A stretch of 64,000 bases of DNA from Macrostomum lignano. Taxonomy: Eukaryota. Made by a program: the position numbers and the translations under genes. Shown in pieces: positions 1 to 13,629 of this stretch. The notes under the pieces were generated by a model. The model was not told the DNA's origin, searched no databases, and saw nothing but the letters and a program-made list of their open reading frames with translations. Position 1 is the stretch's first letter. Each line of letters starts with the position of its first letter. The DNA is taken from positions 67,680 to 131,679 of the forward strand of contig NIVC01002889.1 of NCBI GenBank assembly GCA_002269645.1, read 5' to 3'.

Positions 1-690
1 GTAGCTCTCGTTTGCTGAGTAGTCCAAGAACACCTGCATCTCCGTATAGATCACCTTGCTGGCGTACTCCGGCCTGATGTTGTACATGTAACAGTTCAGA
101 TGGTCGGGGTGGTCGATGCGCCGCCACTCTCCGATCTCGTGACAAAGGATGTGGCCGACCGGCGGCTCTTCGTTGGGTTTGAGGACCACGGCGAAGCACT
201 TGGTGACCAGCTGGTTGATGCTGTGGCCCAGCTCCGTGTAGTTGAAGTCCTTGTCGGGCAGGTTGTACCAATAGTGCAGGTGATTCAGCAGGCTGTTCTT
301 GTACGGGTCCATGGTGCCGTTGCTGGTGGCCGAGATCAGCCTGAGCAGGGCGCGCCAGTACTGCCTGGGCGTTGGCCAGCCGCGCTCCCTGATAACCTCC
401 CGGCCCCGCCGAGACAGCGGGTTCTGATTGCACAGCGTGAAGCTCGGGAACGTGGCGCTTTGGTCCAGCCGACTTTTCGGCTGCTGAATGGTGTCGAACT
501 GCAGGTACTGGCGCACGATCTCGTGCAGGTTGACCAGGCAGCCGATGAACAGGCCGGAGACGCAGACCAGCCACATGATTCTGATCCAGCCTTTGGCGCG
601 GACAATCTGCGGAATGCCCCGCAGCGAGGTGCGCATAGCAAAGCTGACAAAGATCTGGCGCATGCCGCCCGGCCGCCTGGCCTGACCCAT
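1..690 (-). CDS. DEG/ENaC (amiloride-sensitive) channel subunit, 5' part; continues beyond window start
   Basis: Hand translation from ATG at 690 (in-frame TGA just upstream): MGQARRPGGMRQIFVSFAMRTSLRGIPQIVRAKGWIRIMWLVCVSGLFIGCLVNLHEIVRQYLQF...SATFPSFTLCNQNP, i.e. pre-TM1, TM1 and the FPxxTxCNxNP signature. Open to base 1, so absent from the ORF track. Confidence 0.9.
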   Translation of the reverse strand, partial: MGQARRPGGMRQIFVSFAMRTSLRGIPQIVRAKGWIRIMWLVCVSGLFIGCLVNLHEIVRQYLQFDTIQQPKSRLDQSATFPSFTLCNQNPLSRRGREVIRERGWPTPRQYWRALLRLISATSNGTMDPYKNSLLNHLHYWYNLPDKDFNYTELGHSINQLVTKCFAVVLKPNEEPPVGHILCHEIGEWRRIDHPDHLNCYMYNIRPEYASKVIYTEMQVFLDYSANESY

Positions 691-3600
691 GACTGCTCAA
701 TCTGCGGCTCGATTCCACCTCGGTCCGCTGTCTGTGGGATTTGAACTCAGTTTCTTAGCCTTGAGAATGAGCTCCCTTCCAGCCAATCAGGAGGAACCGG
801 GGGTTCCCCTGTCACAGCTGCTCAAGTTTCTGCTCAGCCTCTCTCAGTCCTGCGCGCAGTTCGGAAACTTCACAACGTTCCATTTAGATTCAAATCAATT
901 GATCTTTGATGAGTGATTGGGGAATACAAATATCCCTCATCATGCTTATTCGCCCTCACTAAACTATATATTATAGTTACTGGTGATTCAAGATACCCCC
1001 TAAAAATTAGCATGATTAATTTTACTTTTATAGCTGTACAAGTCTAAAGCCTTTTCGTCGGTAACTACATGTACAGGTTTTTACGGTTATTCGATCAGGC
1101 AGTCGCGTACTTTTAATATAGTTAATTAAAAAATTCAACTGCCGTTTTAGTAGCGTTTCTTGTTAATTAATACGTCAACGTACGTAATTAATACTAATAC
1201 GCCAATTAGAATGTCTACCACATGTGCTTCTTGCATCAGCTCTGACTCCGTTGGAAACTGGCCTTCACCCAGGCGGGGCTTCTGGACCTTCAACAGGTGG
1301 CACCAGGTGACTGTGAATTTCTCCGATGTCTCTGATCAAGAGAGAGTGGGCAAGCCCTCAACATCTGGATATCCAGACGCGATCATTTTTTTTCAAGATA
1401 TTAAATTCGTTTAAAATAGTGCCTAAAGTGTTTAAATGTACTTTAAGACTGTTTAGCGCTGGAGCTCTGCAGTTTCTATTTTATAATAAACAGGTTTGAG
1501 CAGTTGTTTACTCAAGGTATTTTCGATGCTAAAATTATCTTGCAAAAAACATGCATTACGCCCAGCTAGCGAAGCAGCGGCCTCTCAGCAGCTCGGAAGC
1601 AGAGAAGTCCGGAAGCAGTTCTCCCCTCTCTTCGATGAAGTTTTATGCAATACTTTGACTAGGAGGAAACTACATGCCTCTATAGTCCCCTGAGCTGCAT
1701 CCAGCGAAATAAATCAAGTATTTATGGCTAAGTAAAGACACAGAAAAACTTTTCTCTTAAATTATTGCAGAGGATGCGGTCATTCAGACAGCGAATGCGA
1801 TGCCTATATTCAGCTCGCAGATATTTGCTCTTTGCTGCATACGAGTCTACTATAGCTTCTAAGGGTCATTGGTTTTATTGCAGGCCTTCCATTGGGAAAG
1901 ACTGTCATCAAAGCTACGCTCCTTACTAGGTTTACTTTGAGCGAGTTTTAACGTATAACTTAGAATAATTCTAGCTCAATCTCTACGACCCGTATTCGCC
2001 ATGCTCATGTATTTTTAAGCATTATACTTTCAGTCTCCGCCAGTCTGCTAGTTCAAGGACTTCTCATCGGCTCTCAAAAAAACACATGGACATCTGAGTA
2101 TTACCACAAGGACCACTATAGGAATTAGGACGCCTAGCTATTTGGATAATGCCTATATGCAATTAATGATTTTGAGATCTGGAGAACTACTCGATCTCTA
2201 TTGCCAATAAAAACACACACTTTGGTGATGGGTAGCAGAATTCGAGCTTGGGCAGATTTCTAAAAAAGGCCGCTTCGATTCAGCGCGTATCTTATATATG
2301 GCCCCGTAGCCTTTTCTCAGACTTTTTTATGCAATTTGCGTCACAAACCGCGGCTCTGAGTTGAATTAGAGCTACCAATGGTTTCTGGGTGGAAAATACG
2401 ACGTAAAAACGTGTTGCTGAGTGTACGAGCGTAGTTTGTCACATTAATTTTACTTTTTTAATGCATTTTTGCCTGGCTATGCATTAAGAAACAGGAAAGA
2501 AAGGCCGTGGGAGCCTTTATACAAATTGTCACACTTTATACACGTAAGATAGATAACGTCACACGTCTTAGACACGTTAGATAGATCACTTCACACGTTA
2601 GATATGTAGGTAGAAAATGCTTATATGAATTTCTCTTCTGCCCACGGTTGGCGATAGATTTGAACAGCATAAAATGATTTCGGATTCCTAAATCCACTAA
2701 AATATTCCACACGTACGTATGGGGATCTGTGCAGCATGCGGGAGGCCGCTGGATGCTCCAGCTGAAATAGTCTCTTTTTCTGCCTGGCATTCACATTCAC
2801 TGAATTATTGATTTATTCAGCTACATCAAAAGGCGTCAATGACGCGCGCATCAAAAGCAACAATTTCAGCATCTGCTCGTCATCTAATACTGTAAATTCA
2901 TGCCGTTTAATTGACATTTTCTGTCTCGTACATGTATTAATTCGCATCCTCGCTAGATCGAGCTCTTTAACAGTTCCTTCCTTGCCCACGACTATCAACG
3001 TTCGATGATAGCAAAATACCTTTAGATATAAGTTGAAAGAACCCCATTAGAATTTCAAAGCCATAATGTTCTTCAGTAGGAACTTGTGGATTTTTTATAC
3101 ATGTCGTTCTAAAATTGAAGAAAAGAGCTGATTGGCTTGATACATACTTACGATAGAATCATTTCAGGTACGAGTATAGCAGACTTGTTTCTGTTTTGGG
3201 CCTGATACGCCCAAGCAATGCTACCTTAATTCTGGCAGTAGATTAAATTATTTCACTGATTTGTCGCTAGGCGGCCGAAACTAGCGCATATGCTTTGGGC
3301 CATAGAGAAACCGAATGGTAAGATGCATTAATCCAACACAAACAAGTGTAGATTGCAAAAACCGCTACGAGGATCAATAAGAGCTATGAAAAATTCAAGT
3401 CATATCAAAAGATGAACATTTTGGGTCTGCCTCATTGATAAATAAAACCATGATCTGAAAAATTAAAACCTCCATTCTCCGTAATGTCTTTTTCGGTAAA
3501 GCCTGCCTTCTAAAATTTCCAAGAAACATAGTTTTCCGTCCTAGAGTTAGTCTTGGTACGCGAGGACGGTGTAGCTAGATTGAGTTATAGTACGAATAAA

Positions 3601-4809
3601 AAGTTCATTGCGCGGAATCATATTAGGATTTTTTCAAAACTTACTATATTCGTCGTTTTGTTTCCTTCTTCCTTCACATCCTTTCTATTCAGTTTTAGCA
3701 TTTTCTTTTTTTGTTATACATATTATATTTACACTACCGACACAAATTTAACAGTAAAAATGACGCATATTTCTTTGCATACTTCAAAATAAAACTTGTT
3801 GTGAGGCTGACGATAGCCGACGTTAAATAAAACGAAAGGCTAAGCATTCTTTTCTAGCCATGTAAAATCACGAAAATTGGATTCACTTAAAAGATGTCGT
3901 CACAAGTAGTTACTTCAATCAATGTGAGTGTAATAATTTTCTCACTTGTCTTGTATTGATCTTTGAATTACTACTTCCTACTAGTTTTATTCCTAATTAC
4001 TGAAATCTGTTAACAATGCAACTTTTATATTTTACAGTAAAGATAAATGAACGAAGATCAATCAATTAGTTAGTCAATCGTTTTGTAAAGTTTTGATGCG
4101 TTAAAGTTTCTTTCGCTTACGAGCTTGTATATTAGCTATAATTTTTAGATGTGGAAATCATTTTTAATTTCAATTTCTAAGCATGATGTGCATTTATTTT
4201 TTGGCACCTGCTCTAGCTTTTTTGAACAATAAAAGTGTTCAAAGTTTTTAGCAGTTAAAATCACATCAATTTTAATTTCAGATTCAAAGGAATGAGTGTC
4301 TGGTATAAACATTAGCTATATTTCTTTGAAAATTTTGAAACTGCTACTTGGATAACCAGAGATTATATTTTAAAAATGAAGAAATTTTTAGTTTTCTGAA
4401 TCACAGATTCTCAGTTCATTATAATGCATTTATTCGAATATAGTTGAATTATTTAGTCTGAATAAACTTGTATTTTATTATTTGTGCCTGGCCCTGAAAT
4501 TATACTTTGAAGCTACTATAAAAAATTATTCTTTTTTAAGATGAAAGTATCTTGTCACTTCTTTTGCCTTTTATCAAGATACTTACCTTTATTTTAGGAA
4601 CAAAATACTGCGTAAAAATTAAAACAAAAATTGTATTTTTTTAGCTGTCTTGAATAAAAATCCGTTAGAAAATTAACGATGTGCTCAATCTGGGATGTGT
4701 TTGAACAGAAAATAAACTCATGGAGGATTTGAGAATCCAGAAAGCTACGTCACTACACTGTTAGTATATCTGCTATATTCATGTTTCAATCAAACCATCA
4801 CAAACCGCA

Positions 4810-5812
4810 ATGCCAATCGTCCAGCTCGATTTGTTCAACCCGTCGCCGGAGCAGCAGAGCAGAGCCCGAATCGCCTACGCCATCAACGTGTTCGACGTGC
4901 TGCCCCTGCCAGCCCTGCTAGTCGTGGTGTTCCTCGCCTACTCCATCGTGCTGCTGCTGTTCCGCTTCCTGGCCTATCGGGTTGTCAGCGAAGCCGGCGA
5001 GCCGAGCAGCGAGCCCAGCGGGCCGGGGCCTCTCCGCTCCTGCTGCCTTTGCTGCCTGTCCTGCGCCGACGCCTGCGACTGCTGCGACAGTCGGGGCACC
5101 GTGGCCGGCTGCTTGAACGGCGTCTGTCCGCACAGGCGCAGCGGCGTCAAGTACTCGGATGTCATGCTCTGCCACACTTGCGGGGTGAGCACGGACTGAT
5201 TGAGGCGAAACCTTTAACTGCTTCATCCCACCATTAGACACTTTAGTACTTGACCTCACCTGACACCCCGATACCTCATATGACACTCCGATACCTCATC
5301 TGACGCTCCGATACCTCATCTGACAGCCGAATACCTCATCTGACACCCCGATACCTCATTTGACACCCGAATACCTCACCTGACACCCCGATACCTCATA
5401 TGACACTCCGATACCTCATCTGACGCTCCGATACCTCATCTGACAGCCGAATACCTCACCTGACACCCCGATACCTCATTTGACACCCGAATACCTCACC
5501 TGACACCCCAATACCTCCTCTGACATCCCAATACCTCATCTGACATCCCCATACCTCATCTGACACCCGAATACCTCACCTGACACCCCGATACCTCATC
5601 TGACACCCGAATACCTTATCTAACATCCCAATACCTCATCTGACACCCAATACCTCATCTGACACCCCAATACCTCATCTGACACCCAAATTCAGCGTTC
5701 CACCGTCGACTGCTGCGACGCAGACTGCGATGATTGCCTTTGCTTCTGCTTCGAGTGCAAGTTCCGGCCTCGGGGCCAGGCGCTGCTGGGCAGGCAGGAG
5801 CCGCTGGACTGA
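4810..5812 (+). CDS. Two-exon single-pass membrane protein with Cys-rich C-terminal region (about 163 aa), family not recognised
   Basis: Exon 1 4810-5184 (donor GGG|GTGAGC), exon 2 5696-5812 (TTCAG|CGT) join in phase 0: ...CHTCG-RSTVDCCDADCDDCLCFCFECKFRPRGQALLGRQEPLD*. One hydrophobic stretch (VLPLPALLVVVFLAYSIVLLLF), GC-rich codons. Confidence 0.75.
5255..5690. repeat. About 20-bp intronic minisatellite (ACCTCATCTGACACCCCGAT)
   Basis: About 21 slightly variable copies filling the intron of the Cys-rich gene. Confidence 0.95.
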
Positions 5813-6234
5813 TTGACCTTCAGATGACCTTCCAATTGACTGAAGACCATTTATACACTGTAAACACTGGTTGATTTATTGAACTTCATTCACTCTAGTT
5901 ACTCTTGCATTATTACAATCTGTCATAAGTGTGCAATATTTTAACTTTCTCTACATTCTACTTTAAGTAGTGCAAAAAACACTTTTATTCTAATAGAAAA
6001 TGCTGGTCATATTTAATTCGCTGGATCAATGCTGTGAGTTAATTTTTTGATGAATTGAGAATTCAAATTTTCATAATACCAAGATGGTTGTTCGTATAAA
6101 ACTTACTTTTGATGATTTTACTTGATCCATTGTGCACCCAATCTTACATGTAAGTCCTAATGGTAAAGTCTCTGCAATTATATCCTACACTGATGTTCCC
6201 TGGTATCGGCAGTGGGCGTTTATTTGTCTGTTTT

Positions 6235-6533
6235 AGGTGGGTGTTTATTTGTCTGATTCGGTTAGGTGTTTATTTGTCTGATTCGGTTAGGTGTTTATTT
6301 GTCTGATTCGGTTAGGTGTTTATTTGTCTGATTCGGTTAGGTGTTTATTTGTCTGATTCGGTTAGGTGTTTATTTGTCTGATTCGGTTAGGTGTTTATTT
6401 GTCTGATTCGGTTAGGTGTTTATTTGTCTGATTCGGTTAGGTGTTTATTTGTCTGATTCGGTTAGGTGTTTATTTGTCTGATTCGGTTAGGTGTTTATTT
6501 GTCTGATTCGGTTAGGTGTTTATTTGTCTGATT
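6235..6533. repeat. 25-bp tandem repeat (GTGTTTATTTGTCTGATTCGGTTAG)
   Basis: About 12 near-identical copies, no spacers. Confidence 0.95.
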
Positions 6534-7096
6534 GGGGTGGGGGTTTTCAGTAGAATCAAGTAAATCATCTCAAAGTACATTCATTGATCTGTTGTAATGC
6601 AATAAAACTCGGTTGCCCAGCAACTTACGAGCTAAATAAATCATAAATAATTTATATAATAAAATCACACGATTGGTAAATCTGGCGTCCTTCTGCTTTA
6701 GCTTTTTTCCATGCCACGTCATCAGCGCAGATTCGAACTGCTCGATTCGAGACGCCGCAGACTGTCGGATTTTGCAGCAGTTAAAGAATTTCCAGGTCTT
6801 GAGATGCAAGCGCACTGTAACGTCTGAGCTCAAAAGACATTGCAGTACATTCCACTTCAATCAGGAAACATCAGGCCCGACGTCTGGACGGAGCAAATTG
6901 AAGGCTTCGAATAAACTGATGAAGCAGCATTTTAGTTAAATATCGCGCCCAATTACCCGACCCACCACCGTCTGGCCCGCGCTATGTTCGACCTCAGGAG
7001 CCGATCAGCCTTTTTGCTGTCCTCCGCGTCGCCCGCGTCTTCTCCCTAAACAGCTTTCCTTCTGAGTTCGGAATTAAAAAGCTCTCTCTCTGCTCT

Positions 7097-8127
<1,031 letters not shown>

Positions 8128-8619
8128 TTTATTTGTGAGAACAGTATCTATGCGCGTTCAGCCCCCGTGAAAACCTTGCCAAACGCTGCTTTCAAGATAG
8201 CAGTTGAGAACATTTGGATGAGCCTGTCAGTTAAGAGAGGCCACACCGCCATCCACTCGTGTTTTTTACCAGCCATAGCTAATATTTTTTTCGGGAAAAT
8301 CGTGGAATTTTCCATTTGCAGCGAAATTATACGCCCGAGGCTTCATGAGCTCTTTGACAGTGACTACTTAAGTCATGCAGGTAACCCGGCGGCTCACTCA
8401 TTACACCTGCCAAGCACTGCTACTCACAACTGGCCATAATTGACGCGTGGCTGACCGACACCTAGCTTCGTTTGGCAGCTGAGTACTCGTAAAACAAAAG
8501 CTTCAACTAAAAAAATTTTTCTCGCTATCATTTGGGCCGAGAATTTTTGAATAAAGGGAAAAGAGTTCATCCAGTTTGAGACTGCTGCAATTATGCAAAT
8601 AAACCATGAGTTCCAATCT

Positions 8620-9050
8620 AATCTCACCGCTTCTACTCTCCTCTCCACCAATCCAATCTCAGTGCTATCACTCTCCTCTTCACCAATATAATCTGACTGC
8701 TTTCACTCTCCTCTCCACCAATCTAATCTCACTGCTTTCACTCTCCTCTTCACCAATCTAATCTCAGTGCTATCACTCTCCACTTCACCAATCTAATTTG
8801 ACTGCTTCCATTCTCCTCCCCACCAATCTAATCTCAGTGCTATCACTCTCCACTCCACCAATCTAATCTGACTGCTTCCATTCTCCTCCCCACCAATCTA
8901 ATCTCACTGCTTTCACTCTCCTCTCCACCAATCTAATCTCAGTGCTATCACTCTCCACTCCACCAATCTAATCTGACTGCTTCCATTCTCCCCACCAATC
9001 TAATCTCACTGCTTCTAGTCTCATCTTCACCAATCTAATCTGACTACTTC
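8620..9050. repeat. About 35-bp degenerate minisatellite (CACCAATCTAATCTCACTGCTTTCACTCTCCTCT)
   Basis: About 12 variable copies anchored on CACCAATCTAATCT. Confidence 0.9.
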
Positions 9051-9848
9051 CGCTATCTGCTCTCCTTTCCATAGCAGACTTTCAAAAAATGCTTTCGAAC
9101 TTTTAAAGATATTAATGAATTATAATTGAAATATTGATACCTTGTTATTTACGTAATTGTCTTAATAAATGTTATCACCGAATACTGCATGACATTAAAT
9201 AAAGAATGCGGTTTTAGATACTGTGTATGAATTTGAAATAGAAAGTTCACTCAATTTTTTGCCAAACGAAAAGTTTTGATCGAAAACTACAAAGGTGTTT
9301 GAAAGAATCCTATTTTTCCTGTTTTAGACAGTACACAGAATCAGTGAATCAGAGAACTAAGCTAAATTCCGCTAACTAAAAATTTGTACACGCGTGTAGG
9401 ATATTGGGTAATATACGTAGAATATAGTCAATTTTCACTGTAGCATTGGAAGATTGTTTAGTAAGGATACAACTAAACAACTGCGCATTGTAATTTTTTC
9501 CATATGATTCACAGTTATTTCACGCTTATATAAAGCTAAGGAGGGTGGATAGATAATAAACGCCGGAATGGGGCCATGTGATGAAATTTGTACGTGTAGT
9601 AAATGTACATTTGAGAGAAACTGTGTAGAACACCATTGTATCTTGGTATTTGTAATAATGAATAAACAACACTCAAAATAAATAGAGAACTTAGTGGGTA
9701 ATAGTTCCGCCCTCAGCCAATAGACATCGCTGGAGGGAGGTAGGAGGTGTTACTTATGTTGCCACAGCCAATGAGAGAGGTCGCTCAGGATAGGGTGTGG
9801 CTAGCGTGGCCTTGCAGCCAATGAGAGGTCGCTTAGGATAGGGTGCGG

Positions 9849-11058
9849 CTAGCGTGGCCCCGGTCTGTAACCCTCGTCCTCGAAATTGTGTTTCACGCGG
9901 AACTCGTACCTCTGCTTCTGCGTCTCGTACTTCTCCAGCTTCTCCTCGATGTCGTCCTCCTCGGACTCGCTATCCGCCATGCCAATCAGGGTGGCCGCCA
10001 TGACGCCGGCGCACTTGGAGCGTTTTTTGTGCACAACCCAGCGCTCTTTGTCGCTGCAGTGGCAGCCGCAACGGCAGTAAGCTTGTCGTCGATGGTAATT
10101 TGGAACGTATGGAGGCAGAGAACTTGCTGGGGAATATAGTGTGGAGCGTGTAGTGCAATAGTAGAATAGAGAGTGGTTAATTCATATTTTTAACTTTCAA
10201 TGATTAAACTGTAAAGTATGATTAAAATAAAATCAAAAGTAAACAGCGACCATTCTGAAAATCTTTCAGTCAACGCTGGACTCCGCCACTGCACTTACCA
10301 AAGCTGTGTGCGTTTTATGCAGCTTAGTGTCTGTCTGCCTGTCTCACTGACTATTGAGTTATCGATTGGGCACCCCATGCGCCCACCAACCCATCTGTCA
10401 CCCCATGCGCCCACCACCCAATCTGTCACCCCATGCGCCCACCACCCCATCTGTCACCCCATGCACCCACCACCCCATCTGTCACCCCATGCGCCCACCA
10501 CCCCATCTGTCACCCCATGCGCCCACCACCCCATCTGTCACCCCATGCGCCCACTATCCCATCTGTCACTGGAACCCATGCGCCCACAACCCTTTCACTC
10601 CATGCGCCCACCATCCCATCTGTCACCCCATGCATCCAACAACCCATCTTGCACCACATGCGCCTCGACACTCCAGCAGACATCGCGAGGTTTAATTACT
10701 ATATATTGCGAATTGCTTTCATCTGTTTTCAATATATCAAAGCTAAACTATCGCCTGCCCTGTTTTGCCACATTGTCTTGCTCAGTTAAACTCTAAATGA
10801 CGCAACAATACGACCTATATTCTGATTAGATTCCAGTTCACAAATCGCCAACTCACAATTTTTCCTAACACACGCCGACGACGCTGGCTGCTCCGCTTGC
10901 AGCTCGTCGACGGCAGCAGCAACGGCTGCCGCCGACGACTCAGGAGAGTCGCCACAGCCGCCGCCGCCGCCGTCGCTACTGATGCTGCTGTTGTTGCTCT
11001 TCCTCAGGCGGTCTCGCCGAAGTCTACGAGTAGACTGAGCACTGCTGCTGTCCGACAT
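9849..11058 (-). CDS. Putative two-exon orphan protein (about 150 aa)
   Basis: GC-rich 5' segment MSDSSSAQSTRRLRRDRLRK...EQPASS (11058 to about 10873) and a GC-rich 3' segment open from about 10130: SLPPYVPNYHRRQAYCRCGCHCSDKERWVVHKKRSKCAGVMAATLIGMADSESEEDDIEEKLEKYETQKQRYEFRVKHNFEDEGYRPGPR*. A phase-2 join GC|GTGTGT...AAG|T is possible but splice sites are weak; no family recognised. Confidence 0.4.
10370..10660. repeat. Minisatellite of CCCCATGCGCCCACCA / CCCCATCTGTCA units
   Basis: Tandem copies visible; source of the 10218, 10354 and 10433 low-complexity ORFs. Confidence 0.9.
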
Positions 11059-11544
11059 TCAGCTAAGGAGCGTTTGAGAAGTGCTAAACTGACCAGCTGT
11101 GCCTGTCTTCTCTCAACAGTTGCTCTGCTCTGCTCTGCTCTGCTCTCGCTGTTTTTGTAAGCAGAGAACGCAAATAAAGTAGGGGGGGGGGGTAGTTGAG
11201 CTCGCACACGAGAGCTTCGAACACAATAGGGGGAGGGACTGCACCGTATGAGCGTTGAGAAGAAAGTGGAGGCGGAGAGCCAGCCTGCTCTCTCACCCGC
11301 CTCGTTATATGTGCTCAAAATTTGGCAATTACTTTTCTTCATAGCTTTTATGATATGCTAGTGGCCCTATTCTCGAGGTCGAAGACGGGAAGTTCTGGCG
11401 CACTCTGAGTCATGACATAAAAACAGACTCGCTGCGCTGCCACTACTAGAGTAGTGCAGAAGCAACTCGAATTCTTCCCTATTTGGCTGATACGGCTTGA
11501 GCCCTGCTTTTTTGTGTCAGGTGTCACTTGACAGTGTCATGTCA

Positions 11545-11800
11545 TAGTCATGTGTTTTGTGACATTTGGCATGACACTGCATCATGTCAGTCATGTCAGT
11601 CATGAGTCATGTCAGTCATGTGAGTCATGTCAGTCATGCCAGTCATGTGAGTCATGTGAGTCATGTGAGTCATGTCAATCAAGTCAGTCATGTCAGTCGT
11701 GTGAGTCATGTCAGTCATGTCAGTCATGTCAGTCATGTCAGTCATGTCAGTCATGTCGGTCATGTCGGTCATGTCAGTCATGTCAGTCATGTCAGTCATG
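11545..11800. repeat. 9-bp repeat (GTCATGTCA)n
   Basis: Direct reading. Confidence 0.95.
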
Positions 11801-12224
11801 TATTAGGTCAGAATAATGTAACATTCATGTCATCTTCATTTCTTTGCAGTCAAACAACTGCAGAAGAGAAAATTTGAACGGGAGAAAATTCTCCTCAACT
11901 CCTCACGCAGGGCTCAGATTCCCAAGCGAAGGACTTGGCGGAATGAGAAACCAAAAACACGCGAGCTTCCGAGCAAAGCTCAAAGCTCGATAGACGAATA
12001 GCATCTGCCATTGCTTTTCTACCTCTGACTCCACCCGACTCTGCGCTGCTCAGTTTTTAGGGGGGGAGGGGGCGGATGACGCCATCTTTGTAGAAAACTC
12101 ATCGGCTCTGAGTCTGACTCGACACGGGGCGGCTGTCCCGCTCATGTGGCTTCTTGATGGGGCCTTGAGCTGTCTTTTGTGCTAGCCGCAGCATATTTTA
12201 ATTGCAGCGAATTTTAGCAAGTTC

Positions 12225-13015
12225 TCTATCGAATCTCTATCCGATCTCTATCGAATCTCTATCCGATCTCTATCGAATCTCTATCCGATCTCTATCCTAT
12301 CTCTATCCGATCTCTATCGAATCTCTATCCGATCTCTATCCTATCTCTATCCGATCTCTATCGAATCTCTATCCGATCTCTATCCTATCTCTATCCGATC
12401 TCTATCGAATCTCTATCCGATCTCTATCCTATCTCTATCCGATCTCTATCCTATCTCTATCCGATCTCTATCGAATCTCTATCCGATCTCTATCCTATCT
12501 CTATCCGATCTCTATCGAATCTCTATCCGATCTCTATCCTATCTCTATCCGATCTCTATCGAATCTCTATCCGATCTCTATCCGATCTTTATCCGATCTC
12601 TATCCAATATCTTTCCGATATATATCCGATATATATCCGATCTCTATCCAATCTCTATCGAATCTTTATCCGATCTCTATCCGATATCTATCCAATTTCT
12701 ATCCAATCTCTAGCCGATCTCTATCCAATCTCTATCCAATCTCTATCCGATATCTATCCAATCTCTAGCCGATCTCTATTCAATCTCTATCCAATTTCTA
12801 TCCAATCTCTATCCAATTTCTATCCAATCTCTAGCCGATCTCTATTCAATCTCTATCCAATCTCTATCCAATCTCTATCCAATCTCTATCCGATATCTAT
12901 CCAATCTCTATCCAATCTCTAGCCGATCTCTATTCAATCTCTATCCAATCTCTATCCAATCTCTATCCAATCTCTATCCAAACTCTATCCAATCTCTAGC
13001 CGATATCTATCCAAT
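12225..13015. repeat. 11-bp repeat (ATCTCTATCCG and variants)
   Basis: Direct reading; drifts from CCGA to CCAA variants left to right. Confidence 0.95.
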
Positions 13016-13629
13016 ACTATAATAAATCCTGTCATTCGGCAAAAACTCGTCCCGTTCTCGTCCTTATCAAAAGTTCCCAACTGAAAGCCGTAATCAACAG
13101 TGAAAGATTCCAAGCGTTGCTAGTGAAAAATCTCAAGTAAGTACATTTCTTTGAGAAATAGGACTCTCCATTGCTTTCTTGGCTCTCTTGCCTCAAGCGA
13201 CACCCTGCAGCTGGGCTGCACTTTTGGCTACTGGCACCCGGCAACAATCCGGATGACACAGCGGCCTTCATTTCCTGCTCGTTTCCTTGTATTCGAAAGC
13301 TCGAAATGTAGAATCTTACATGCATGGCTTACGCTTAGTGTAATGTTGAAAGTTTTCTTATAAAAAGTACATTTGCACTCTGTTGACAGCCTAACGGGTG
13401 TCCCAAAAAGGTGAAATTTTAAACCAAAACTGTGCAAGACTATCTGCTCTTGGTTCCTAGCAACCGCAAATGCTGCTGAGAGTCAACATTCATAAGATTT
13501 GCTTCCCGCAGTTCTTATTTCAATTCATGAGAAACATCATCGCCATTGAAAGAATGAGTGAATGCCACAGACAAGAGGCTTATTTCTTATTTCGATTGAT
13601 TTCGAATGATTCGAACTTGGCGTGAGTTG

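Noticed and set aside
100-744. 214-aa plus-strand ORF
   Set aside because: Antisense shadow of the DEG/ENaC coding frame; no motifs of its own.
10218-13015. His/Pro-, SCQ-, TDM- and LYPIS-repeat ORFs
   Set aside because: Translations of tandem repeats; SCQ/CES units mimic metallothionein but arise from a 9-bp DNA repeat open in several frames.
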